A stretch of 64,000 bases of DNA, from assembly GCA_020845935.1 (NCBI GenBank), contig JADLEV010000046.1, positions 379-64,378 of the forward strand, written 5' to 3'. The stretch's first letter is position 1, and each line of letters starts with the position of its first letter. The DNA comes from Gammaproteobacteria bacterium (GTDB taxonomy: Bacteria > Pseudomonadota > Gammaproteobacteria > Ga0077536). Position numbers and translations under genes: made by a program. Shown piece by piece: positions 29,104-37,889 of the stretch. The notes below the pieces were generated by a model, which worked only from the letters and a program-made list of their open reading frames with translations, had not been told where the DNA came from and did not search any database.

Positions 29104-29769
29104 TCAGATGACGACGTGTTCCGTCGTGACCGCAACGGCCGGTGGTGAGGCGGCAAGAGCCATCCAACCCGCGCGTACGAGCCGACCCTGGGCCGAATCG
29201 CGCGCCGCCTGAAGCGCATCGTGATCGGCGAACCAGGCGATATCGAAGCCATCGAAGCGCGGTCGGCGGCCGTCGCGGTAGGCCCCGGCGCGCGGTCGAC
29301 TTTGCAGGTAGCGGAGCAATCCCGGCAGGCGTGCGACCGCGGCGCCCTGCTGCTCGAGCCATTGCCGCTGAAACTCCGCGACCGAGCGATCCGGGTTCAG
29401 CGACAGACAGGCGATCCGCTTGATCGCACCAGGGCCGGGCCTGCCCGCCTTAAGTTCGATGTCATCGACCAGGATCAGTGCGGTTGCGGTCCTGTCGAGG
29501 AAACGCTCCTCGTCCTCGAGCACGGCGGCGTATTGCGGGCTTGCCGCAATCTCGCGAAGCGCTTCGGTATCGTCGACCCAGAGCTCGGCGAAACCGTCGA
29601 ACACCGCCTTGCCATCGATAGAGCACTCCGGTACGAGGCTCGATTGCACATAACCCCGCACGCCTGGCAGCGTGGCAATGATGCCGGCGTGACGGTCACG
29701 CCAGTGGCGCTGGAACTCCGCGACCGTGAGGTCCGGTCTGCGATACAGCAAGGTGATTGCCTTGATCAT
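29104..29769 (-). CDS. Tandem EthD-domain (Dabb-like alpha+beta barrel) protein
   Basis: Two repeats of the TxxEFQRHWR..H motif (MIKAITLLYRRPDLTVAEFQRHWRDRHAG and IACLSLNPDRSVAEFQRQWLEQQGA). Confidence 0.55.
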   Translation of the reverse strand: MIKAITLLYRRPDLTVAEFQRHWRDRHAGIIATLPGVRGYVQSSLVPECSIDGKAVFDGFAELWVDDTEALREIAASPQYAAVLEDEERFLDRTATALILVDDIELKAGRPGPGAIKRIACLSLNPDRSVAEFQRQWLEQQGAAVARLPGLLRYLQSRPRAGAYRDGRRPRFDGFDIAWFADHDALQAARDSAQGRLVRAGWMALAASPPAVAVTTEHVVI

Positions 29770-30320
29770 CGATGTGACTCCGGCAGGATCATTGAACGTT
29801 TGGTGCCACGCAGCGCGCACAGTCGCTGCACCATGGCCGGCCGCGGCAGCACGATCTCGCCTTGTTCAAAGGCAACCACGGTCAGGTGGCGCAGCAAGAC
29901 CTCGAGCAACTCGTTTGGCCGCAACAGGAAATCCGGATTGCTCGGAGCGCCGAATGACTCGTTGCCCTGCATGAAGGTCTCGTAGATCAAGATGCCGCCG
30001 TCCGCGAGTGCATCGACCAACCGCGGCAGCAGCGGCCGGTACAGGTAGTTGGTGACGACGATGCCGTCGAACCGCATCCCGGGAAATGGCCATGGCCCGT
30101 CCTCGAGGTCGCTGCAGCGGGTTGTGACGCCTGCGACTCCGGATAAGCCAGCCACAGCATCGGGATCGCGATCGACCGCGAGCACCCGCTGACCGCGCCG
30201 CGCCAGCAACCGCGCATGCCGGCCGGAACCACAGGCGAGGTCGAGCACGGGTCCACCCGGCGCGAACAGCCCGGCGAAGCGGCTCACCCAAGGTGACGGA
30301 TCTGCGGTGGCGTGGCTCAA
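29766..30320 (-). CDS. Small class I SAM-dependent methyltransferase
   Basis: VLDLACGSGRHARLLARRGQRVLAVDRDP glycine-rich SAM-binding motif and the DGIVVTNYL block. Confidence 0.65.
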   Translation of the reverse strand: MSHATADPSPWVSRFAGLFAPGGPVLDLACGSGRHARLLARRGQRVLAVDRDPDAVAGLSGVAGVTTRCSDLEDGPWPFPGMRFDGIVVTNYLYRPLLPRLVDALADGGILIYETFMQGNESFGAPSNPDFLLRPNELLEVLLRHLTVVAFEQGEIVLPRPAMVQRLCALRGTKRSMILPESHR

Positions 30321-31855
30321 TCCGTGCTCCCGAGCGCCAGGATCTGCCGCACCATGGCACGCGCTGCATCGATCGAGATGCCGGAGTGTGCGGTCATCGC
30401 GGCTTCGCCGAAGTTGCCGGAACCACCGTCGATGATCCGGCGCGCGATGGCATCGATGTCGGGCCGCGCAGCGGTGTAATGGCGTGCGATCTCGCGATAC
30501 GACGGACCGACCGTGCGCCGCTCGACTTCATGGCAAGCCGCACAGTCGTGCTGGGGAAACAATGCGGTGCTTACCGCTTGCCCCGGCGCCACTGCCGGTG
30601 TGCCGGCTGCCGGCAGGGGAGCCGGCGCCGTCGTCCCGATTTGCTCGATGCGCAGCAGCACGCCGTCGTTCTCGTCGGTCAGCAGATACAGCAGTCCGTC
30701 CGGACCCTGGCCGACATAGCGAATGCGCTGCTGCAGATCGTTGAACAACTGCTCGCGCCGCTGTTCGCCGTTGTCGTTGAACACCACGCGTTGCAGATGG
30801 CCGGTGCCGGGAATGCGGCCAGCGATCATCGCCGAGACGAACAGGTTGTTCTTCCATGCGGGGATCCGATCGCCGGTGTAGAAGCTCAGGCTCGACACCG
30901 TGATTGAAGGTATCCACGACAGCAGCGGCGGCTCCATGTCCTGCCGCCACGGCACCGAGGCCATCGGCTTGCCGTCGTAGTCGCGGCCATAGGAGACCAC
31001 CGGCCAACCGTAATTCGCGCCGGCGCGCAGCACGTTGACCTCGTCACCGCCCTGCGGTCCGTTCTCGACTTCCCACACCGCGCCTGTGTGTGGATGCACG
31101 GTGAAGCCCATCGCCGAGCGGATGCCATAGCTGTAGATCTCGGGGAGCGCCCCCGCGACGCCGGCGAACGGATTGCCGGCCGCGGGCGAGCCATCGTCAT
31201 TGAGCCGCAGGATCTTGCCGATGTGCGAATCGAGTCGTTGCGGCGCTTCCAGATCGAGCCGATGCGACAGGCTCAGCCACAGCGTGCGATCCGGCATGAA
31301 CATGATGCGCGAGGTCGCGCCGCCGAAGTTCTTGCTCCACGCCCTGGCCTCGAAGATTTCCTTCAGATCGACGATCCTTTCACCTTCGAATCGGGCACGA
31401 ACGAGTGCGGTCGTCGCGTAATAGCCATTGGTCCCGTCCGGCCGTGGCGCCTTGCGCATGTAGTTGAAATAGACGATGTGATTCGTCGCGAAGTCCGGAT
31501 GCAGCACGACATCGAACAATTGATCGAACGGCAGGATCTGCGACAGGTCGATAATCGGCTCCTCCCGCAGCGTGCCGTCGCGGAACAGACGCACCGTGCC
31601 GCGGCGTTCGGAAATCAGCGCGTCGCCAAGCGGATTCGCCGCGGTTGCGGTCCCGGGCAGCAACGCCATCGTCCACGGATGGAACAGGCCGCGCGTCACC
31701 ACCGACAGCCGAATGCGCGTGTTCTGCTCGTAGGTCGTGTACTCCCAGGGACCTTCACCCAGAGGGTAGACGGGCAGCTGCTGTGCCTGCACACCGGCCG
31801 CAAGCAACAAGCCGATTGCACTGCTGCGTTGCACGAACCGAGGCGCGGATCTCAT
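30317..31855 (-). CDS. PQQ-dependent sugar dehydrogenase (sGDH/sorbosone DH-like beta-propeller) fused to a C-terminal cytochrome c domain
   Basis: Signal peptide. Propeller blocks resembling soluble glucose/sorbosone dehydrogenases. C-terminal CAACHE (CxxCH) haem-binding motif. Confidence 0.7.
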   Translation of the reverse strand: MRSAPRFVQRSSAIGLLLAAGVQAQQLPVYPLGEGPWEYTTYEQNTRIRLSVVTRGLFHPWTMALLPGTATAANPLGDALISERRGTVRLFRDGTLREEPIIDLSQILPFDQLFDVVLHPDFATNHIVYFNYMRKAPRPDGTNGYYATTALVRARFEGERIVDLKEIFEARAWSKNFGGATSRIMFMPDRTLWLSLSHRLDLEAPQRLDSHIGKILRLNDDGSPAAGNPFAGVAGALPEIYSYGIRSAMGFTVHPHTGAVWEVENGPQGGDEVNVLRAGANYGWPVVSYGRDYDGKPMASVPWRQDMEPPLLSWIPSITVSSLSFYTGDRIPAWKNNLFVSAMIAGRIPGTGHLQRVVFNDNGEQRREQLFNDLQQRIRYVGQGPDGLLYLLTDENDGVLLRIEQIGTTAPAPLPAAGTPAVAPGQAVSTALFPQHDCAACHEVERRTVGPSYREIARHYTAARPDIDAIARRIIDGGSGNFGEAAMTAHSGISIDAARAMVRQILALGSTD

Positions 31856-32110
31856 GGCGATTTCCTCTCTGTGTTGTTGGATTCGGGTCGACCGACATGG
31901 TACCCGAGAACCTAAATTTGACTGTGTCTAAATCAATGCAAACGCTGCTATCATCGCCGCTGGGGTTCATCGCATGGTCATGCTCGCCGCTGATTCGGCG
32001 CTTCACGGTGTCAATGCAGCGTCGGCGCGGAACTGGCTTCACCTGCGCCACGGCGCGCTTGCCGTTGGGCTGAACCCGGGACAACGAACTGTCGGGGGTT
32101 ACTGATCGGT

Positions 32111-34162
32111 ATGACGAAAAATGCTTTGGATCGGCTGTTCCGGCCGCAATCGATCGCCGTCGTCGGCGCCTCGGCCACACCCGGCAAGGCCGGCTACATG
32201 GCCGTCCAGCTGGCGCAGCCATCCGGCGCGCGTATCTATCCGGTGAACCCGAACGAAACGACGATACTCGGCCACACCGCGTATCCGACGCTCACGGCGA
32301 TCGGCACCGCGGTCGATCTCGTGCTGTTCGCGGTGCCCGCACCGGCGTGTCCGGCGCTGTTGCGTGAAGCGGCCGCGATTGGTGCCGGTGCCGCGATCAT
32401 CATGGGCGGCGGATTCGGCGAGAGTGGCGCGGAAGGCCAGACGATCCAGGATGAACTCATCGCCATCTGCGCCGAGACCGGCATCCGGCTGCTTGGCCCG
32501 AACACCGGCGGCTATGCTGCGCCACCGCGCCAACTGGTCGCGAGTTTTTCCATCTCGTTCTCGAAACTGAAGCCGGGCCCGATCGCCGTTGTCTCGCAGA
32601 GCGGCGGCATGAGCCTGATCCTCTCCTGCATCGCCGAGAACGATGATTTCGGCGTCAGTCTCGCGGTCGGCCTCGGCAATGCGATCAACATCGACGCCGC
32701 CGATGTCATCGACTATCTCGCGACCGATCCCGACACCCGGGTCATCGCGCTCTATCTCGAAGGTCTGCGCGACGGCCGACGCGTGGTCGAAGCGATCCGC
32801 CGCGCTTGCGTGCACAAGCCGGTTCTCGCGCTGACCATCGGGCGCAACGAGATTTGCGCGTTCGCCAAGTCGCATACCGGCAATCTGGTCGGCTCCTATG
32901 GGTTGAAGACCGCGGCACTGCGTCAGGCCGGCGCGGTGATCGTCGATAACTCGAATGATCTGATCGATGCCGCGATGGCGCTGTCGCTGCTGCGACTGCC
33001 GCCCAATCCGAATCCTGGCGTCGGCCTGCTGGTGGGCCAGGCCGGGGCGGGGCTGCTGATGCTGGATCAATTGAAATCGCTCGGCGTCAGCGTGCCGCGC
33101 CTCAGTGATGACGGCATCGCGCGGATCGCGCGCGAACTGCCGCCGATGCACTACATCAGCAATCCGGTCGATGCCGGCCGGCCGACACCGGCGTTTCCGA
33201 AGCTGCTGGAGATCATCGACGCCGAGCCAGGCATCGATGCCGTGTTGATCTTCGTGCTCGATGAACCCACCGCGCTCGACCCGATCGCCCTGTTCACCGA
33301 GTCGTGCCCGAATCTGCGCAAGCCGGTGATCTATGGCACGGCCGGCGAGGCGGGCGACATGCGCAACGTTTGCAGCCAACTCGCGCGACTTGGCGTCGCA
33401 CCGTTTCGTTCGCCGGAACGCGCGGCACGCGCGATGCGCGCCGTGGTCGAGGACGCGAAGAATCGACATCGCCTCACCGAACACCATGCACGATCGCGCA
33501 AGCCGCCCGCATTGCCCGCGTTGCCCCCGGGCGCGCTCGATGAAGCCACGGCGAAGGATCTGCTGCGCCAGGCGGGCCTGTCGGTACCGAACTTCATTGC
33601 CTGTCGTGATCGAAGCCAGGCGCGCGCCGCCTTGGCGCGGCTCGCCAAGCCGGTCGCGGTGAAGGTGCTGGATGCCGCGATCCTGCACAAGACCGAAGTC
33701 GGCGGCGTGCATCTGAACGTGCGCGACGAGGCTCAGCTCGAAGCCGCGCTCGATCGCATCGATGCCATCGCGCCGCGAGGCCCGCGCGCCTACCTGCTCG
33801 AAGAAATGGCCACGGCCGGAGTCGATCTCATTCTCGGCGCCGTGCGCGATCCGGTATTCGGCCCGACCGTATTGCTCGGCATGGGCGGCGTCACCGCGGA
33901 AGCGCTGAAGGATGTCACGCTGCGCCTCGCGCCGCTGACCGGGGCCGATGCCCGGGAGATGCTCGGAGAAATGAAGGCGAGCGTGCTGCTGGATGGTTGG
34001 CGGGGCAGCCCGGCGGTCGCCAGGGACGCCCTCGTCGATGCGATCCTCGCCGTCGCCGAACTGCTCGACGCGCATCCGGAAATCGCGGAACTCGATATCA
34101 ACCCGCTGCGTGCCATGCCGCAGGGTGCCTTGGCGCTGGATGCGCTGATGGTGCGGTGCTGA
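32111..34162 (+). CDS. Acetate/acyl--CoA ligase, ADP-forming (CoA-binding + succinyl-CoA-synthetase-like + ATP-grasp)
   Basis: N-terminal CoA-binding Rossmann domain (SIAVVGAS...), a ligase-CoA domain, and a C-terminal ATP-grasp region. Confidence 0.7.
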   Translation: MTKNALDRLFRPQSIAVVGASATPGKAGYMAVQLAQPSGARIYPVNPNETTILGHTAYPTLTAIGTAVDLVLFAVPAPACPALLREAAAIGAGAAIIMGGGFGESGAEGQTIQDELIAICAETGIRLLGPNTGGYAAPPRQLVASFSISFSKLKPGPIAVVSQSGGMSLILSCIAENDDFGVSLAVGLGNAINIDAADVIDYLATDPDTRVIALYLEGLRDGRRVVEAIRRACVHKPVLALTIGRNEICAFAKSHTGNLVGSYGLKTAALRQAGAVIVDNSNDLIDAAMALSLLRLPPNPNPGVGLLVGQAGAGLLMLDQLKSLGVSVPRLSDDGIARIARELPPMHYISNPVDAGRPTPAFPKLLEIIDAEPGIDAVLIFVLDEPTALDPIALFTESCPNLRKPVIYGTAGEAGDMRNVCSQLARLGVAPFRSPERAARAMRAVVEDAKNRHRLTEHHARSRKPPALPALPPGALDEATAKDLLRQAGLSVPNFIACRDRSQARAALARLAKPVAVKVLDAAILHKTEVGGVHLNVRDEAQLEAALDRIDAIAPRGPRAYLLEEMATAGVDLILGAVRDPVFGPTVLLGMGGVTAEALKDVTLRLAPLTGADAREMLGEMKASVLLDGWRGSPAVARDALVDAILAVAELLDAHPEIAELDINPLRAMPQGALALDALMVRC

Positions 34163-34237
34163 TCGGACAAGCCCGACACAAGTCCTTCGTGGACTTGTGT
34201 CGAGCCGATTGAGCGGAGCCCGTGGTCGCTGGTTCGC

Positions 34238-35536
34238 TCAGTACTGCCCGTACTCGCGGGTCGCCTGGAACATCGCCAGGACGTTTTCCTCGCGCGCTTC
34301 ATCGGGAACGCCGCCGCTGCCATCGATGATCAGACCGCCGTCCTTGCCGACCACTTCAATCAGCTTGCGGACATAGGCGCGCACCTCGTCCGGGGTGCCG
34401 GAGATCAACATCGAGGACGGAACATTGCCACGCAGACAGACGGTGTTGCCCAGCACTTCCTTCGCCTTGAACAGGTTACCCTGTTCGAAGAAGTAGATCG
34501 CCTTGCCGGCCGGAATGTCGCCGATATCCTCGAGCCGCGCGGTGCAATCGCCTTCCCAGAACATGCACGGCACGAGACCGTTGTCGATCAGCGTCAGCGC
34601 CACCTGGCGCATCGTCGGCCAGTAGAACTGCCGGAACAGTTTCGGCGACATCATGTTGCCGCCCGGCCAGTGCATCGGGATGAACACGATCTTGCAGTCG
34701 CTGCGCTTGCCGGTCGCGATCGCCGCTTCCGGCAGCAGCTTCGCCGCCTTCTCCAGCGCTTCCAGCAGCTTGTCCTTGTGACGATACATGTCGGTCATGA
34801 TGCCCTTCGAGCCGCGCATGTAGTCGCCGAAATAATCGAACGGCGCAATCGCGGTCGCCGATTCGATCAGCGGAAAGCCGAGCGCGGCCATGTCATCGGA
34901 AAACTTCTTGGCCTGGGTCAGCATGCGTCCCATTTCGGCGCCCGCCTTGGCCAGTTCCTCGAACGACTTGACCATGTCCGGGATCGCGTAGGCGCGGGTG
35001 TAGTGAATGATGCGGGTGTAATACAGCGCGGCGTAGTTCGGCAGCCGTGCGAACGGCTCGAATACCTGGGCGATGCGCGGCAGATATTTGCGCAACATGA
35101 ACCCGGTCGGGTCGAAAATGTAGTCGTCGTACTCCTCTGCCTTCATGTATTCGGCATCGAGATACTGGAACGGCACGTCGTGCGATACCCCTTCCTGGCC
35201 CGGCCACTTGAGCTGACGATAGCCCATGATTTCCATGGTCGGGCCAAGCGACATCTGCGGATGCGGCAAGACATAGGCATCGGGCTGGAGGTCGAGCAAC
35301 GCCTGCCGCAGCGCGCCGCTCAGCGCCTGATAGTCGTACATCGCATCGCGGCAGCTGACACCGGCGCGGCGGGTCGGCCAGAACAGGCTGTTCAGAACGA
35401 TGGGAACGCGATCGGGTTGGCGCAACGCGATCACGTCGTCGATGCGCTTCTGGCGTGCGGCAAAAGCGGCGGTGCCGGTGGCTGATTCAGTCGTGTTGTT
35501 CATCGGGGTACTCGGATTCTTGGAACTCTGCTCCAT
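34238..35536 (-). CDS. Uroporphyrinogen decarboxylase (URO-D) superfamily protein, MtaA/CmuA-like
   Basis: Length and TIM-barrel-like block pattern match the URO-D family. No closer assignment possible. Confidence 0.5.
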   Translation of the reverse strand: MEQSSKNPSTPMNNTTESATGTAAFAARQKRIDDVIALRQPDRVPIVLNSLFWPTRRAGVSCRDAMYDYQALSGALRQALLDLQPDAYVLPHPQMSLGPTMEIMGYRQLKWPGQEGVSHDVPFQYLDAEYMKAEEYDDYIFDPTGFMLRKYLPRIAQVFEPFARLPNYAALYYTRIIHYTRAYAIPDMVKSFEELAKAGAEMGRMLTQAKKFSDDMAALGFPLIESATAIAPFDYFGDYMRGSKGIMTDMYRHKDKLLEALEKAAKLLPEAAIATGKRSDCKIVFIPMHWPGGNMMSPKLFRQFYWPTMRQVALTLIDNGLVPCMFWEGDCTARLEDIGDIPAGKAIYFFEQGNLFKAKEVLGNTVCLRGNVPSSMLISGTPDEVRAYVRKLIEVVGKDGGLIIDGSGGVPDEAREENVLAMFQATREYGQY

Positions 35537-35615
35537 GGCGATTTGCCTGGTGGTGCTACCGCCTCGCTGGCAGCAGGGCGCTGACGGCCCGTCGGGGACG
35601 TCAGCGCCTGCGGGA

Positions 35616-36866
35616 TTACACCAGGTCCGGATTCTCGATCAGCACGGCGATGCCCTGACCGCCGCCGATGCAGGCGGATGAGATGCCGTAACGCGTCTTC
35701 GAGCGCCGCAATTCGCGCGCGACCGTGATCGACAGACGCAGGCCCGAGGCTGCCAACGGATGGCCGATGGCAATGGCGCCGCCGTTGGCATTGAGCTTGG
35801 CATGGTCGATGCCGAGTTCACGTTCGACCGCGAGACACTGCGCGCCGAACGCTTCGTTGATCTCGAAGCGATCGATATCGGCCAGCTTCAGACCACGCGC
35901 GTCGAGCAGAGCGCGGATCGCGACCGCCGGGCCGATACCCATGTTGTCCGGCGGCACACCGACCACGGCTCCGCAGGTGATGCGCGCCAGCGGCGCGATC
36001 TTGTTGCCGCGACAGTATTCTCCGGAAGCGACCAGCGCCGCCGCGGCGCCATCGACGATCGCCGAGCTGTTGCCGCCGGTCTGCACGCCGCCGAACGCGG
36101 GCCGGATCTTGGCGAGCGCTTCGAGCGGTGATGGCCGCACATGCGTATCGACCGCGAGCTCCTTGACTTCGCGCGGCAACTTGATGCCACGCGGCTTGTA
36201 GCCTTCGAGTTCGAACGTCTCGTTCGAGACCGGAACGATTTCACCGGCGAGGAAACCACTCTGCTGCGCCGCGAGCGCGCGCTCGAAGCTGCTGACCGCG
36301 AAACGATCGACATCCTCACGACTCAATTTGTATTCGACCGCGAGGCGTTCCGCGGTGTCGCCCATGCTGCCGCCGAACGCGGTGTCGGTCAGCGATTCGA
36401 CCAGGAAGTCGCCGAACTCGGGCCGACCCAGCGTCATGCCGCCGCGCAGCGTGTACGACGCGATCGGATTGCGGCTCATCGATTCGGCGCCAACGCCGAG
36501 ACCGAGCTGAATCTTGCCGAGCGTAATCGCGTCGGACAGTTGCAGCAGGATTTCCATGCCGGTGCCGCAGACGCGCTGCACCAGAATCGCGGGGACGTTC
36601 AGCGGGACCCCGGCATAGATGCTGACATGCCGCGGCAGCACGTAGGAATCGAAAGACGCCTGGGCCATCGAGCCCGCGACGACCGAGCCGACTTCGGTTG
36701 GTTTGATGCCGGTGCGCGAGAACACGGCGCGGGCGGCCTTGATGCCGAGGTCGATTGGCGCGACGCGGCCGAATACGCCGTTGTAGTCGGCGAATGGCGT
36801 ACGGACGCCATCGATCAGCCAGATGTCATCGTACGAAAACACGATGCCTGATTTGCTGGACGACAT
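35616..36866 (-). CDS. Thiolase family acetyl-CoA C-acyltransferase
   Basis: Thiolase N- and C-terminal domains with active-site Cys context VCGTGMEI and a C-terminal GGGQG-like block. Confidence 0.75.
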   Translation of the reverse strand: MSSSKSGIVFSYDDIWLIDGVRTPFADYNGVFGRVAPIDLGIKAARAVFSRTGIKPTEVGSVVAGSMAQASFDSYVLPRHVSIYAGVPLNVPAILVQRVCGTGMEILLQLSDAITLGKIQLGLGVGAESMSRNPIASYTLRGGMTLGRPEFGDFLVESLTDTAFGGSMGDTAERLAVEYKLSREDVDRFAVSSFERALAAQQSGFLAGEIVPVSNETFELEGYKPRGIKLPREVKELAVDTHVRPSPLEALAKIRPAFGGVQTGGNSSAIVDGAAAALVASGEYCRGNKIAPLARITCGAVVGVPPDNMGIGPAVAIRALLDARGLKLADIDRFEINEAFGAQCLAVERELGIDHAKLNANGGAIAIGHPLAASGLRLSITVARELRRSKTRYGISSACIGGGQGIAVLIENPDLV

Positions 36867-37003
36867 GAAACCTTCTCCTATGGGAATTTCGACGAGAGTG
36901 CTGAGGGCGGCAAGGATAGGGCATGCGGCGCCGGCTGGCCAAGGACTATCGACAAAACGCTTGTGTCCGGCTGATTCGGGTCAAGGGGCAGGGATCGCGC
37001 CGA

Positions 37004-37807
37004 TCAGAATCTCGCGCCGACGATCAGCGCCGCGCCGCCCGGCCATGGCATTGGCGCGATCGTGAGCTTCGTGCGGCGATCGGTGTCCGCGATAGCGGCC
37101 ACGCTCTCGTAGCCGAGATACCAGCCGAGCATGGCTTGCGAGGAAAAATGCGAGGCATCGTTGACCCGCGACCACGCCGGCAACGCCGACAGCAGATGAA
37201 ACAACACACGGACGGCGGGCCGATCGTCGTTCATCCGAGCGATGGTCAGCAGTGGCACCGCACCACCGAAGGCATGCCCGCTGACGCCGTTGTCATCGGC
37301 GAACGGCTCCCAATGCGACGGATGCGGATCCTCGCCGGGGCGCGATGCGCCGGTCAGCCGCTGCAGGGCAAGCAATGCCGGCAGCCCCACCAGATAGGCC
37401 CGGCCGGTGCGCCGGCCGAAGCGGCCGATCGCGCCGGTGAATTCGTTGTCGGTAACGAGGGTGTCGAGTCCCGCGGCAAGCACCACCGCCGGCAACAGAT
37501 ATTTCGCTTCACCAAATTCCTTGGCGACCTCCCCCAGGTCGTCGCTGAAGTCACCGCGAAGGTCGTCCTGGTACCAGTCGTGAACCTCCTCATCGATCGA
37601 GGTATTCGCCACGATCGCGCCGATGCCGAACGCGACCCCGAGTCGCAGCAGACGCGGACCGGAATAGAACGATCGATAGTCATCGCCGATCGTGGTCCCT
37701 AGCGAGCGCGCCGGAGCCACCGGTTCCGCCGCCTGCGCCGTCAGAACCGACGCGATCCACGCCAGCAACACGGTGACAATGAATTGGGACGGTACCGTGG
37801 TCTTCAT
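37004..37807 (-). CDS. PAP2-superfamily phosphatase-like protein, secreted or membrane
   Basis: Signal/TM MKTTVPSQFIVTVLLAWIASVLTAQA. Contains an SGHA motif, one of the PAP2 motifs. Assignment is weak. Confidence 0.4.
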   Translation of the reverse strand: MKTTVPSQFIVTVLLAWIASVLTAQAAEPVAPARSLGTTIGDDYRSFYSGPRLLRLGVAFGIGAIVANTSIDEEVHDWYQDDLRGDFSDDLGEVAKEFGEAKYLLPAVVLAAGLDTLVTDNEFTGAIGRFGRRTGRAYLVGLPALLALQRLTGASRPGEDPHPSHWEPFADDNGVSGHAFGGAVPLLTIARMNDDRPAVRVLFHLLSALPAWSRVNDASHFSSQAMLGWYLGYESVAAIADTDRRTKLTIAPMPWPGGAALIVGARF

Positions 37808-37889
37808 CGGGTGTCGGATCCGTGGCTGCAAGGGCCGCGAATGATAAGGCCTCGAAGGGCATTGCAGATAGCCGTTCACGGGCCGTCGC

